This document shows, one piece after another, positions 15,713-24,837 of a stretch of 38,721 nucleotides of DNA. This DNA comes from Oligoflexales bacterium (GTDB lineage Bacteria > Bdellovibrionota_B > Oligoflexia > Oligoflexales > CAIYRB01), in contig JBGSUI010000156.1 in assembly GCA_041736175.1 (NCBI GenBank), positions 1-38,721 on the forward strand. The letters run 5' to 3'. Position 1 is the first letter of the stretch; each line of letters starts with the position of its first letter. The notes beneath the pieces were generated by a model. That model was given only the letters and a program-made list of their open reading frames with translations. It was not told where the DNA came from and did no database searches. A program made the position numbers and the translations under genes.

Positions 15713-16675
15713 ATGGCACAGTACAAAAAATATCATATCATATTGTTATTACAAAAAAATATCATCTTTACTATGGCCGCGAGTATGATCCTAAGCCTTT
15801 GTTTAGGTTGCACCCCAAATAAAAAAGATATCCATGTGTCGAATCTTTCGGCAGCTGAGGGGCGCGTTGGACCCGATGAACTCAACCAGAGCCGCGATGT
15901 CGCCTTTCTACCGACCCATCAGTTTTGCAGTCCAGATAGGGTGGCCGTATTTAGGAAGATTGATCCAATGGCCATTGATTTTAGCGGACCCCTCGCCAAA
16001 AACACCGCCCTAAAGCTAACCTTTGATCCGGAAGAACTCAAAAAAGGCGTGATCAAGTGCTCCATCAAAGACTGCACGATTACAGTTCTCAAACCTATCG
16101 CGGTGCAACCGACACTTCCCTTAGCCTTGGCAACCATTGCCATGGTTTTTACCCTTGAAGGACAAAAACAAGTGGGAGAAAACCCTGAGAAAAAAATCAC
16201 CACGTCGGTCGATGTAAATCCCATTGATATCGGTATTGCTCAGGTCGGTGTTTTTCTTGCCTCTGAATACAGTCATTGGCGCACACAAAACCCAGGCGAC
16301 GAACAAGTCGAAAAACTCACTATGGAGCGTATTTTTGGTTGTACCGTCGGTATTCGTTGCAATTTACCAACGATCACTCTCGAAATCGGCGCAAAAAAAA
16401 CAGGTCTTTATTTTCTAGTGAATGGCAACACCGCCAAAGGTACTAAACTTCAATACGGTAGCGTTTCCACTGACTACTATAAGAGTGAAGGGCATATACG
16501 CTATCTGGATATTCCTCGGGCTACTACAAAAGGTATTTATAATCTTTACCGTTTTATCCGAGGCGAACCATCTATCCTGGCCCAAGGTGAGCATGTCGAC
16601 CCTGAATGGGACGAGATCATCGCCCAATGTCAGGCCCATAGCAGAAGGCAGGGTGACTGTGGGGAAGCCCGCTGA
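15713..16675 (+). CDS. Hypothetical lipoprotein
   Basis: Long ORF; AAGGA RBS before ATG 15713; lipobox CLGC. No family recognised. Confidence 0.6.
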   Translation: MAQYKKYHIILLLQKNIIFTMAASMILSLCLGCTPNKKDIHVSNLSAAEGRVGPDELNQSRDVAFLPTHQFCSPDRVAVFRKIDPMAIDFSGPLAKNTALKLTFDPEELKKGVIKCSIKDCTITVLKPIAVQPTLPLALATIAMVFTLEGQKQVGENPEKKITTSVDVNPIDIGIAQVGVFLASEYSHWRTQNPGDEQVEKLTMERIFGCTVGIRCNLPTITLEIGAKKTGLYFLVNGNTAKGTKLQYGSVSTDYYKSEGHIRYLDIPRATTKGIYNLYRFIRGEPSILAQGEHVDPEWDEIIAQCQAHSRRQGDCGEAR

Positions 16676-16748
16676 TTTGGACCTAAACACTCGTGCCTTG
16701 TCTCTCCGTCATCATCCCCATCCTAAGCGAAGCAACCGAGGTGCCGCT

Positions 16749-16764
16749 TGGAACGATACTTGCT
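16749..16764 (+). promoter_or_regulatory. sigma54 -24/-12 promoter of the kinase gene
   Basis: TGGAACGATACTTGCT, 49 bp before ATG 16814 (AGGAGA RBS). Confidence 0.65.
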
Positions 16765-16813
16765 TCTACTATACCTGTAACGGCACCCAACTTATTCCAA
16801 TAGGAGACTCCTT

Positions 16814-17929
16814 ATGTTGATTCGCCACCTTCTTTTTTTACCCAGTTTTATGCTTCTTGCTTGTCGCCCTGGTTCTTCACCATCGGTACTCAGTACGGCT
16901 AACGGCTCTTCCATGACTTGCTCTCTAGAATCGGCTTCAACCAGTCTACCAATCGGCGGCACCACCAGAAAGAATGTCATAAGCTCGGTGCGCCACCAGC
17001 TCACACGGTCATCATGTGTGCCCAGCACCAATATCTTCGTGAAGACTGCACAGTCTTTGCGCAGTCTCTGCGCCAAGGCTCAAGACTGCGAGGCTACTGA
17101 CCCATTAGGCACCGCTGAGGTCTCAAAAATACTGGTTGAATCCGTTGCAACCCTTGGACCAGATTCTGTGATCCAAGAGGAAGATTTTATTATGGACCAG
17201 AAGCTCTCCGACAACTTAGGGTCCAACCCTGGCGGATTTTATAGTGGACGTGACGGTGTTGTTCGTTATGTCAAGACACCGAATGACGACTTGCAGAGCG
17301 TGACGGAACATTTGGCTAACACCATCTATGCGGACCTTGGGATTCCTGCCGTGAAGTCTACCCTATTTGTCGGAAAAGCCAGGACCCCCGATGGCAACCC
17401 GCGACTCTACTATGCCAGCGAAATGGTCGAAGGCCTTAAGGACATTCATCGAGTGAATAATCTCGACACCACCCGTGAGTTTCTTCGTGGGTTCGTTGCC
17501 GACGTGCTGCTCGCTAATCGCGATATTGTTTCGTCTAGTGGGAATACCGCGGTTTCGCCCAATGGTCAAGTCATCCGGATCGATTCCGGATCGGCCCTTA
17601 TGATGCGAGCGATGGGCAGTCGCAAAGACCCCAGGGATCTTTTCGAATTGAAGGAGTGGAAAGGTCTACAAGATAAATGCATCAATCCAGCTTATGCCTC
17701 CATCGTCAATCATGCAGGCTATACTAAAGACGAACTATGCTCTGAGTTTAAACGGCAGATCAGCGCCATAGTAGCCTTTTCTAAAAGCAAAAACGGATGG
17801 AAGACCTACGTCGATCAGGCTGTACCAGCTTTTAAGGTTTATTTTCCGCAGGAATTCGGTACTTCGGTTAGCATGCTTGAGCAACGCGAAGTAGAACTTA
17901 AGAAACTGATCGCGGCCCAATGCCGCTAA
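16814..17929 (+). CDS. Lipoprotein with HipA / PI3-PI4-kinase-like atypical kinase domain
   Basis: Lipobox LLAC; LGSNPGG (Gly loop), YVK, EHLA, DVLLANRD...N, RIDSG. Confidence 0.7.
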   Translation: MLIRHLLFLPSFMLLACRPGSSPSVLSTANGSSMTCSLESASTSLPIGGTTRKNVISSVRHQLTRSSCVPSTNIFVKTAQSLRSLCAKAQDCEATDPLGTAEVSKILVESVATLGPDSVIQEEDFIMDQKLSDNLGSNPGGFYSGRDGVVRYVKTPNDDLQSVTEHLANTIYADLGIPAVKSTLFVGKARTPDGNPRLYYASEMVEGLKDIHRVNNLDTTREFLRGFVADVLLANRDIVSSSGNTAVSPNGQVIRIDSGSALMMRAMGSRKDPRDLFELKEWKGLQDKCINPAYASIVNHAGYTKDELCSEFKRQISAIVAFSKSKNGWKTYVDQAVPAFKVYFPQEFGTSVSMLEQREVELKKLIAAQCR

Positions 17930-17989
17930 AAAATTAATATTTAAAGGTACTTATTCCTTGGCCCGACACCCCCTCTCTCAACATATCCA

Positions 17990-18019
17990 ATTTACATCTA
18001 AAGTAAATCGTGGTAACTT
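17990..18019 (+). promoter_or_regulatory. sigma70 promoter with overlapping palindromic operator for vapBC
   Basis: TTTACA-N17-TAACTT with TGn extension; inverted repeat ATTTAC-N7-GTAAAT at 17990-18008. Confidence 0.6.
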
Positions 18020-18044
18020 ACGATAAGGGGTAAAGGGTGAAAGT

Positions 18045-18326
18045 ATGAAAAACATTCTGCCAGCATCAAAGATCATTGTTTCTTCCCGAGGACAATTCGT
18101 CATCCCTAAGGAAATCAGGGACGCCGTCGGCATACACGGCGGAAGTGAGATTCTCGTCAGAACCCGCGAAGACGGCGTGATCGAGCTGAAGCCTGTCAAG
18201 AAGAACGTCGGCGATCTTTTTAAGGTTACGCAACTATGGAAAGGCCCAGCTCTGGACGTGGATGAAGCCATTGCTGAAGCTGTTGAGTTAGCTGATCTCT
18301 CCACCAGACCGGGGCGGCCATCTTGA
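18045..18326 (+). CDS. vapB: AbrB/MazE/SpoVT-family antitoxin
   Basis: VSSRGQFVIPKEIRDAVGI..G; 4-bp overlap with the PIN gene. Confidence 0.9.
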   Translation: MKNILPASKIIVSSRGQFVIPKEIRDAVGIHGGSEILVRTREDGVIELKPVKKNVGDLFKVTQLWKGPALDVDEAIAEAVELADLSTRPGRPS

Positions 18327-18715
18327 TAGCCCTCGATACCAACGTCCTTGCAAGGGCGATCCTCCAAGACGATCCGGTACAGTCGCCTCAAGCAGCTAAA
18401 GCCATCGAGACCCTGGCTTCTGGCGGAGGTGTCCTCATTACTATGTCAGTGACGCTCGAACTTGTCTGGGTACTCCGCAAAAGGAAGCACCGAGCCGAAA
18501 TCTATGAGACGCTGCACCACCTTTTGGAAAGCGAGGGCATCACGTTTGTTGATGGTGCGATTGTCGGTGAGGCTCTGGAAATATATCGCCAAGGGAAAAT
18601 CGACTTTGGCGACGCATTGCTACTGGCTGAGGCTTCAGCCCACGGTGTCGTAAAGGTGATGACCTTTGACGAAGCCCTCCTAAAATCAGACAGGCGATCC
18701 GTGCCGGTCGAGTGA
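18323..18715 (+). CDS. vapC: PIN-domain toxin
   Basis: IALDTNVL, ELVWVL, DFGDAL, TFD. Confidence 0.92.
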   Translation: MIALDTNVLARAILQDDPVQSPQAAKAIETLASGGGVLITMSVTLELVWVLRKRKHRAEIYETLHHLLESEGITFVDGAIVGEALEIYRQGKIDFGDALLLAEASAHGVVKVMTFDEALLKSDRRSVPVE

Positions 18716-18900
18716 TTAAAATTCAATGCTGAGTAGGAATCACAGCTCGAGGAGTCTTAAAATACAAACCTAACGGCCTGAAATTAAACAAAAATGAGAT
18801 TAAACTTAAGCCGGCCCAGCACCAGACCGATAAGATCTTTAAGCACAATTGGGAAAGTATCGAAGGGCTAGGGCCCTCCGTCCGTAGGCAGGGTGCCCCT

Positions 18901-21537
18901 TTAGGGGGGTGGCAGGGCTAGGACGGGGGTGGGCCCCTTTTTTTCGCCGGATGGTTCGATGGTAAACCGAAGCTGGGACGGCTGGGACTCCGGCTCCAGA
19001 TCGATGGTGACGACACCCCCATTGAGAAGTCCACCAAAAAGCATTTCGTCGGCCAAACGCCGTTTGATTTGGTCTTGGATCACCCGAGCTAGAGGTCTCG
19101 CCCCGAAAGCGGGTTCGTAGCCTTTCTGGGCAAGCCAAGCTTTGGCAGCATCGGTTATCTGGAGGATGACATTTTGTTTGGCAAGCTTGTCAGAAAGTTG
19201 GCCGATATTCTTTTCTACGACCTTAAGGACCACGCTCTCATGGAGGGGACCAAAGGAAATGACACTATCTAGACGGTTGCGAAACTCAGGGCTAAAGGAA
19301 TCCTTCAGGATCTGGGAGTCACCCGCATGGAGGCCAATTTCTCGATTAAAGCCGATATTTCCATGGGTCAATTCCCGAGCACCAGCATTTGTGGTCATGA
19401 TCAGGATAACGCTGCGAAAATCCGTTTGCCTGCCGTTAGCGTCCGTCAGGGTTCCATGGTCCATGACTTGGAGCAGAATGTTTTGAATATCTGCGTGAGC
19501 TTTCTCGATCTCGTCGAGGAGGACGACCGCATGGGGGTTTTTATGAATGGCCTCTGTCAAAAGCCCACCCTGGTCGAAACCCACATAGCCGGGAGGAGCC
19601 CCTATCAGGCGGGATACCGCATGACGCTCCATATATTCCGACATATCAAAGCGAACAAACTCGATCCCCATGACTTTGGCAAGCTGCTTGGCCACCTCGG
19701 TCTTGCCGACGCCGGTGGGCCCGGCAAACAAAAAACTCCCGATGGGTTTTTCTTCTTCTCTCAGGCCGCTACGGGACAGTTTGATCACGGCAACTAAGCG
19801 GTCGATCGCTTCGTCCTGACCAAAGACGACAGCTTTAAGGGAAGACTCTAAGGCTGCTAGACCCTGTCGATCGGATGCAGAGACCTTTTGGGGAGGAATC
19901 CTCGCCATCTTGGCGACGACGTCCTGGATGGCAATTTTATCGATAGAAATTTTTTCTTTGGGCTGATCGCCGACCAAATCACCTGCATTTAGGGAGTGCT
20001 CCTTCATGGAGGCGGCTGCCCCAGCCTCGTCGATCACATCGATTGCAGTATCGGGTAGTTTGCGGTCGCGTAGATGTCTGGAGGCAAGCTCGACTGCGGT
20101 CTTAATGGCGTCTTCCCCATAGACAACTCCATGGTGATTCTCATAATAGGACTTTAAACCGGTTAAGATGAGGATGGTATCCTCAATGGAAGGTTCGTCC
20201 ACGTCGATCTTTTGAAACCGCCTTGCAAGACCATGGTCGTTCTTAAACTGCTGGCGGTATTCTTTAAACGTTGTCGACCCGATACAGCTAAGGCTGCCAG
20301 AGGACAAGATGGGCTTGAGCAGATTGGAGGCATCAAGGGCACCCCCCGAGACACTACCTGCACCGATGACCGTATGTATTTCGTCGATAAATAGGATCGC
20401 ATTTTTCCGTTTGCCAAGGCTCTTCAGCACGTCTTTGAGCCTTTGCTCAAAATCCCCCCTAAACCTTGATCCAGCGATTAACGTTCCCATATCAAGGGCA
20501 AAAATCTCTGCATCTTTAATCTTGGAAGGGACCTGGCCTTGGATGATCTTAAGGGCCAAACCCTCGACGATCGCGGTCTTGCCCACGCCGGCATCGCCCA
20601 CAAAAAGCGGATTGTTTTTGCGGCGTCGACAAAGGATCTGCACACAGCGTTCCACTTCGGCGTTTCGACCAATCAGGGGGTCAATCTTACCTGCCCGAGC
20701 CCTGGCACAGAGGTCAACGGTATAGAGCTTGAGGGCGTCGGGCTTTTTGCCGGTGGATCTGCTGTCTTCCTCACCTCTTTCGCCTTCTCGGTCTCGACCT
20801 CGGAATAATCCCCTGGATTTTGAAGGCTGATCTTGGTCTGCGTCGTCACTTTCAGAGTCTCTCTCAGAAAAGTCATCTAAGGTGAAGTCTTTGTCGCTTG
20901 GTGCCTTGCCGCTCGGGACTTTTTTGATCCCACTCTTGTCAATAGAACTTTTTCCGGGGGAGATTTTTCGGGATGAGATTTTTCCGGAGGAATCAGTGTC
21001 GGACGATTCCCCATCCTTTTGAATCGATCCTGGAAGCGCCGGACGGTCGTCCTGTTGGCCCGGAGGCAAGACCAAGGAGTCGGACTCATCCCAGTCAACA
21101 CCTGGTTTAATGATGCCGTGGGAAATAAAATTCATGACATCATAGCGGGTAATATCTTGCATCTTCAAAAAATAAGCCGCAAAAGACTCCCTTTCGGCAA
21201 ACAAGGCTACCAGGAGATTTTCGCCTTTAATTCGGTCTTTTCCTGCAGCCCGCACATGCTGTGCAGCCCTCTGGATCACCCTCTGAAAAGCCAGGGTGGG
21301 TTGGGGAATCGACCCCGGTGCGAGTTTATCCTGCTGGCCATAGGTTTCCTGGAAATGCTGCTCAATCTGTTGGTGTATCTCCTCGGGTACACCACCACAG
21401 GCTTTCATGCAGCGCAAAGCGGACTCATTGTTGACGAGAGCTAAGAGGATGTGTTCGATGGTCACGTACTCATGCCCCCTGCGGGCAGCTTCGCTGACAG
21501 CATAGTTAAGGCTGATTTCAAGTTCTTGACTAATCAT
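18901..21537 (-). CDS. clpA: ATP-dependent Clp protease ATP-binding subunit ClpA
   Basis: HEYVTIEHILLAL N-domain; GDAGVGKT and GPTGVGKT Walker A motifs; DMSEYMERH; ATGA overlap with clpS. Confidence 0.97.
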   Translation of the reverse strand: MISQELEISLNYAVSEAARRGHEYVTIEHILLALVNNESALRCMKACGGVPEEIHQQIEQHFQETYGQQDKLAPGSIPQPTLAFQRVIQRAAQHVRAAGKDRIKGENLLVALFAERESFAAYFLKMQDITRYDVMNFISHGIIKPGVDWDESDSLVLPPGQQDDRPALPGSIQKDGESSDTDSSGKISSRKISPGKSSIDKSGIKKVPSGKAPSDKDFTLDDFSERDSESDDADQDQPSKSRGLFRGRDREGERGEEDSRSTGKKPDALKLYTVDLCARARAGKIDPLIGRNAEVERCVQILCRRRKNNPLFVGDAGVGKTAIVEGLALKIIQGQVPSKIKDAEIFALDMGTLIAGSRFRGDFEQRLKDVLKSLGKRKNAILFIDEIHTVIGAGSVSGGALDASNLLKPILSSGSLSCIGSTTFKEYRQQFKNDHGLARRFQKIDVDEPSIEDTILILTGLKSYYENHHGVVYGEDAIKTAVELASRHLRDRKLPDTAIDVIDEAGAAASMKEHSLNAGDLVGDQPKEKISIDKIAIQDVVAKMARIPPQKVSASDRQGLAALESSLKAVVFGQDEAIDRLVAVIKLSRSGLREEEKPIGSFLFAGPTGVGKTEVAKQLAKVMGIEFVRFDMSEYMERHAVSRLIGAPPGYVGFDQGGLLTEAIHKNPHAVVLLDEIEKAHADIQNILLQVMDHGTLTDANGRQTDFRSVILIMTTNAGARELTHGNIGFNREIGLHAGDSQILKDSFSPEFRNRLDSVISFGPLHESVVLKVVEKNIGQLSDKLAKQNVILQITDAAKAWLAQKGYEPAFGARPLARVIQDQIKRRLADEMLFGGLLNGGVVTIDLEPESQPSQLRFTIEPSGEKKGPTPVLALPPP
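20890..20991 (-). repeat. Imperfect 15-bp tandem repeat in the ClpA linker
   Basis: Encodes 5-aa units ending in K: SSGK ISSRK ISPGK SSIDK SGIKK VPSGK APSDK. Confidence 0.65.
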
Positions 21538-21899
21538 GGGACTCTCTCCATGGTGCATTGCAGGGGATAGTCATGCTCTTTTGCTATCTCTAAAACTAGG
21601 GTGACTTTAGTCTCGGCGATCTCAAAAGGATAGATACCACAGAGGGCTTTTCCATTATGGTGGACTTGCAGCATGATCTCGGTGGCTTCGTGGACCGATT
21701 TTTTAAAAAAGCGCCTTAAGATTTCGACGACGAATTCCATAGGAGTAAAATCATCATTATGTAGGATCACCTTATAGAGACTGGGCTTTTTAACTTTAGT
21801 AATGGTTTCCATAAGGAGGCCACCTTGGCTATCCTCCTGGTCTCCGTCATACTCACCGCCTAAAACGAAAGCTGCAACCCGACCGTAACTCATAGACAT
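21534..21899 (-). CDS. clpS: ClpS adaptor
   Basis: YKVILHNDDFTPMEFVV, IMLQVH, EIAETK, YPLQCTME. Confidence 0.97.
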   Translation of the reverse strand: MSMSYGRVAAFVLGGEYDGDQEDSQGGLLMETITKVKKPSLYKVILHNDDFTPMEFVVEILRRFFKKSVHEATEIMLQVHHNGKALCGIYPFEIAETKVTLVLEIAKEHDYPLQCTMERVP

Positions 21900-22025
21900 A
21901 CCCTTTTCGCCATCGCCCCAGATAAAACCTATAGGCTTTAGATCCTCACCCTAAACTATCTCATTGGTTCCGGAAAATCAGAAATTAATAGATCTTTAAC
22001 ATCAATGTTTCCCCATAGCTCCAAC

Positions 22026-22751
22026 CTACTCAAGGCGAATCACCACCCTGCGGTTCTGGGCCCTCGCCTGGTCGAGGGCAGCCCCCTTAAGACCTGTGAC
22101 GGACTGTCTTGGTTTAGTATGGGCAAAGGACCTAATCGCCATCTTATCCTCCCCCACACCGCGCCGCTTAAACTCTTCTAAGAGACTTGTGGCACGGGCT
22201 GAAGAAAGCTCCCAATTGGTTTTATATCGGCCACCTTTTAGGGGAACATCATCTGTATGCCCCTCTAAAATAAGGCTGTACTGGCCTGTGGCAAGAGTCA
22301 AGACTTCCATGATCTGTTTGAGGGATTTAAGGGAATTTTGATCAGGTTGGGCCGATCCGGGTTCAAAGAGACTCCGATCCTTAAACTCGATGGAGAGTCC
22401 ATTCATATCCATGGAGACTGATGTCAAATGACCTAGTTTGCGTTTGGTGATCTCCTTTAAAAGCTCTTCGGACACATGGCGCAAACTCCCTTTTTGGTCA
22501 GCTTTGGAGACCACCTCCTTAAGGCGGTCGGCTTTGCGCCGGTCGGGGGCAGACATGGCGAGCTGGAGGACAAAAAAAGCCATCAGCAAAAGCGACATGT
22601 CCGAAAACGACATAAGCCAAAGACCTTCGCCTTTTTCGGCGCTCATGGTTTTTCGCCGTAAAGTGATGGGAGCAACGGGCGGTGGTGAGTTGTCCCCTGA
22701 GCCCTTTAGGTCGCCCTCGCTCCTAGACTGATTCGAACCAGTACCCGTCAT
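22026..22751 (-). CDS. motB: MotB/PomB-like stator subunit with OmpA peptidoglycan-binding domain
   Basis: WLMSFSDMSLLLMAFF (conserved Asp), EGHTDD, NWELSSARA, NRRVVI. Confidence 0.85.
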   Translation of the reverse strand: MTGTGSNQSRSEGDLKGSGDNSPPPVAPITLRRKTMSAEKGEGLWLMSFSDMSLLLMAFFVLQLAMSAPDRRKADRLKEVVSKADQKGSLRHVSEELLKEITKRKLGHLTSVSMDMNGLSIEFKDRSLFEPGSAQPDQNSLKSLKQIMEVLTLATGQYSLILEGHTDDVPLKGGRYKTNWELSSARATSLLEEFKRRGVGEDKMAIRSFAHTKPRQSVTGLKGAALDQARAQNRRVVIRLE

Positions 22752-23548
22752 GCGGCCCCTTTTCGATTCCCTTCTTCACTGGTATCGCCCTTTTTGCCCG
22801 ATGGGTCTTTGGAGTAGGATTTCACCAAATCCCGCAGATGGGCGGAGGATTTTTTGCCCTTAATACTGAGGATTCCCTCGACGATCATCAAATCCACTTC
22901 GAGGGCTTTTTCAGCCTCCAAAACCAGCTTTTCGCCCCAGGGACCGTAGATGATTGTCCCGAGACACAGTCCGTAGAGGGTGGTGAGCATGGCAAGGGCC
23001 ATATTGCTACCGATCTTGGTAGGATCGGACATATTCGCAAGCATGCCGATCAGTCCAAGAAGGGTTCCAATCATTCCAACTCCAGGACAGAGTTTAGACA
23101 TATTTTGAAAGAGGCTTGCAGCCATTTGGATCTGTCCCTGTTTGAGGTTGATTCGAGCCATCAGATTGTTGCGAATCTCGTCGGGCTTAAAATCGTTGAC
23201 GATCAGGGACAACCCATCTTTTAAAAATTCATATCGCGCTTTGTTCCTAAAGGGGATCACGGCGCCTATACCTTCGGAGCGCACGGCTTTAGAGGCAGCG
23301 CTGATGATCTCAATAGCCTCCTCATGATGCTTTCGCACCCGACTAAACATCGACCCAAATAGCAACTTAAGGCCCGTTAGAAAATCCACGAGGCTATGGG
23401 AGAGGAGCATGATGCTCGGTGGGCCCACACCTAACATAACGATTCCAGCCCACTGGAAATATCCCGTAAAGGCTGATCCTTCGAACTTGAGGAAGAACCA
23501 GATACAAAACGTAACACCTGAGATCCCTAGAATCGGTGACATGCACAT
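22748..23548 (-). CDS. motA: MotA/PomA-like proton-channel subunit
   Basis: VRSEGI, FLKDGL, PGVGMIGTLLGLIGML, MALAMLTTLYG; ATGA overlap with motB. Confidence 0.85.
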   Translation of the reverse strand: MCMSPILGISGVTFCIWFFLKFEGSAFTGYFQWAGIVMLGVGPPSIMLLSHSLVDFLTGLKLLFGSMFSRVRKHHEEAIEIISAASKAVRSEGIGAVIPFRNKARYEFLKDGLSLIVNDFKPDEIRNNLMARINLKQGQIQMAASLFQNMSKLCPGVGMIGTLLGLIGMLANMSDPTKIGSNMALAMLTTLYGLCLGTIIYGPWGEKLVLEAEKALEVDLMIVEGILSIKGKKSSAHLRDLVKSYSKDPSGKKGDTSEEGNRKGAA

Positions 23549-23750
23549 GTACCCACAGGTAAGGCGACGGACGGCAGGAAAACACCTGTCCCTTAAAGTT
23601 TAGCGTAGCCTCATCTGCTAGGACAGATGCACAAGTTACCCAGTATGCCAGGCCACTGCTTAGATGGACCGCGGAATCCAAACCTTTACTCAATGGTTTC
23701 ATTTGCTTGTGAGTCCCTATAAAAATTCTTGAGGACCCCACAAACCCTAA

Positions 23751-23790
23751 TTGACGACGTAAGTCACCTATGCTATCCCTTTGTCAAAGG
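23751..23790 (+). promoter_or_regulatory. sigma70 promoter plus palindrome for the XRE/IrrE-like gene
   Basis: TTGACG-N17-TATCCC with TGn; CCTTTG-T-CAAAGG palindrome at 23778-23790. Confidence 0.55.
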
Positions 23791-23886
23791 ATTAAAGGAT
23801 TTGAGCATTTGGGCCAGTAGGGAGGCTCCGCACGTAGTTAGGGCCCCGTCTTGCCAATGATCGATTAGACTTTGCATGGGACTTCA

Positions 23887-24807
23887 ATGAAAAAAACAGT
23901 AGACATCAAATATCCCCATTCAGCCAACCTGTTTCAATTTTGCAGGAAGGTGCTCGACCATAAATTTGGCGGCATCCGCGTGATCGATCAAGATGTGGGT
24001 CAAATCCTAGGGTTTGATCCTGCAGACTGCAGCCATTGGAAAAAAGGCAAAAAAAATATTCGCTCAATCCAGGCCATGAAGTCCATTGCCGATCATCTCG
24101 GGATCGACGAACGTCTAGTGGTCGACGTCGCCGCAGGGGAGCTGGATGATACCGAAGCCTTTTATGAGTACTCCGGCTACGGCGCCTTTGTGGTCGATTC
24201 AAAAGTCTTTGAATCGGCTAAAAAAGATTTTTTTAGGCGCCATAGCGGTCAATGGACCAAAGACCGGGAGCTGGACTTTAAGGATCAGTTTACGGCAAAT
24301 GAAGCCTATATTGACGAAGTCGTCACGGCGATCCATAAAAAAATCAATTTTCAGGAAGCCCCCCTTTACCTCCCCGAGGTCGTTGCTGCCTATCCTGATT
24401 TGATCTTGCATCCCATGGCCCAGGGCAAAGAATCAAAACTTTTGACAGAGGACCCTGTTTTAGTCACCGTCTCTGAAGATAAGACCCATATTGCCTATAT
24501 CGCTGGGTCCGAAGTCCGTCCCTATATGCGCTACCGGATTGCTAAGGGAATGGCGGAATACTTCCTCAATGATACGATTAGCAAATCCACCCAAGAGCTG
24601 ACGGAATATGCCCATCATATGATCGATGTCCAAAGCAACGTGTTTGCTGCAAAGCTCCTGGTTCCGCTTAATATCCTACGCAAAGAGATGGCTCAAATCA
24701 CACCCTCGAAAGATGTGGTGTCCCAGCTGTCTGATATTTTTTGGGTTTCGAAAACCTTTATAAACCGCCGACTCAAGGACATCCTCCAAGGAAACGTTGT
24801 CCTATAG
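23887..24807 (+). CDS. HTH (XRE-like) plus ImmA/IrrE-like domain regulator lacking the HExxH motif
   Basis: DQDVGQILGFDPADCSHWKKGK HTH; RYRIAKGMAEYFL where RFTIAHELGH is expected; QSNVFAAKLLVP and QLSDIFWVS..FINRRL match the IrrE C-terminal pattern. Confidence 0.7.
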   Translation: MKKTVDIKYPHSANLFQFCRKVLDHKFGGIRVIDQDVGQILGFDPADCSHWKKGKKNIRSIQAMKSIADHLGIDERLVVDVAAGELDDTEAFYEYSGYGAFVVDSKVFESAKKDFFRRHSGQWTKDRELDFKDQFTANEAYIDEVVTAIHKKINFQEAPLYLPEVVAAYPDLILHPMAQGKESKLLTEDPVLVTVSEDKTHIAYIAGSEVRPYMRYRIAKGMAEYFLNDTISKSTQELTEYAHHMIDVQSNVFAAKLLVPLNILRKEMAQITPSKDVVSQLSDIFWVSKTFINRRLKDILQGNVVL

Positions 24808-24837
24808 TCGAATTTCCAGCAAAGACGTGGCCTTTGG

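Noticed and set aside
19142..21444. Multiple plus-strand and alternate-frame ORFs inside clpA
   Set aside because: Shadows of a highly conserved gene.
22026..23548. Zorya ZorAB defence system
   Set aside because: The MotA-like protein lacks the long ZorA cytoplasmic tail and there is no zorC/D/E nearby.
23549..23750. Riboswitch (e.g. c-di-GMP) or leader ORF upstream of motA
   Set aside because: No GEMM or other riboswitch consensus could be recognised by eye; the 115-aa ORF has no motifs.
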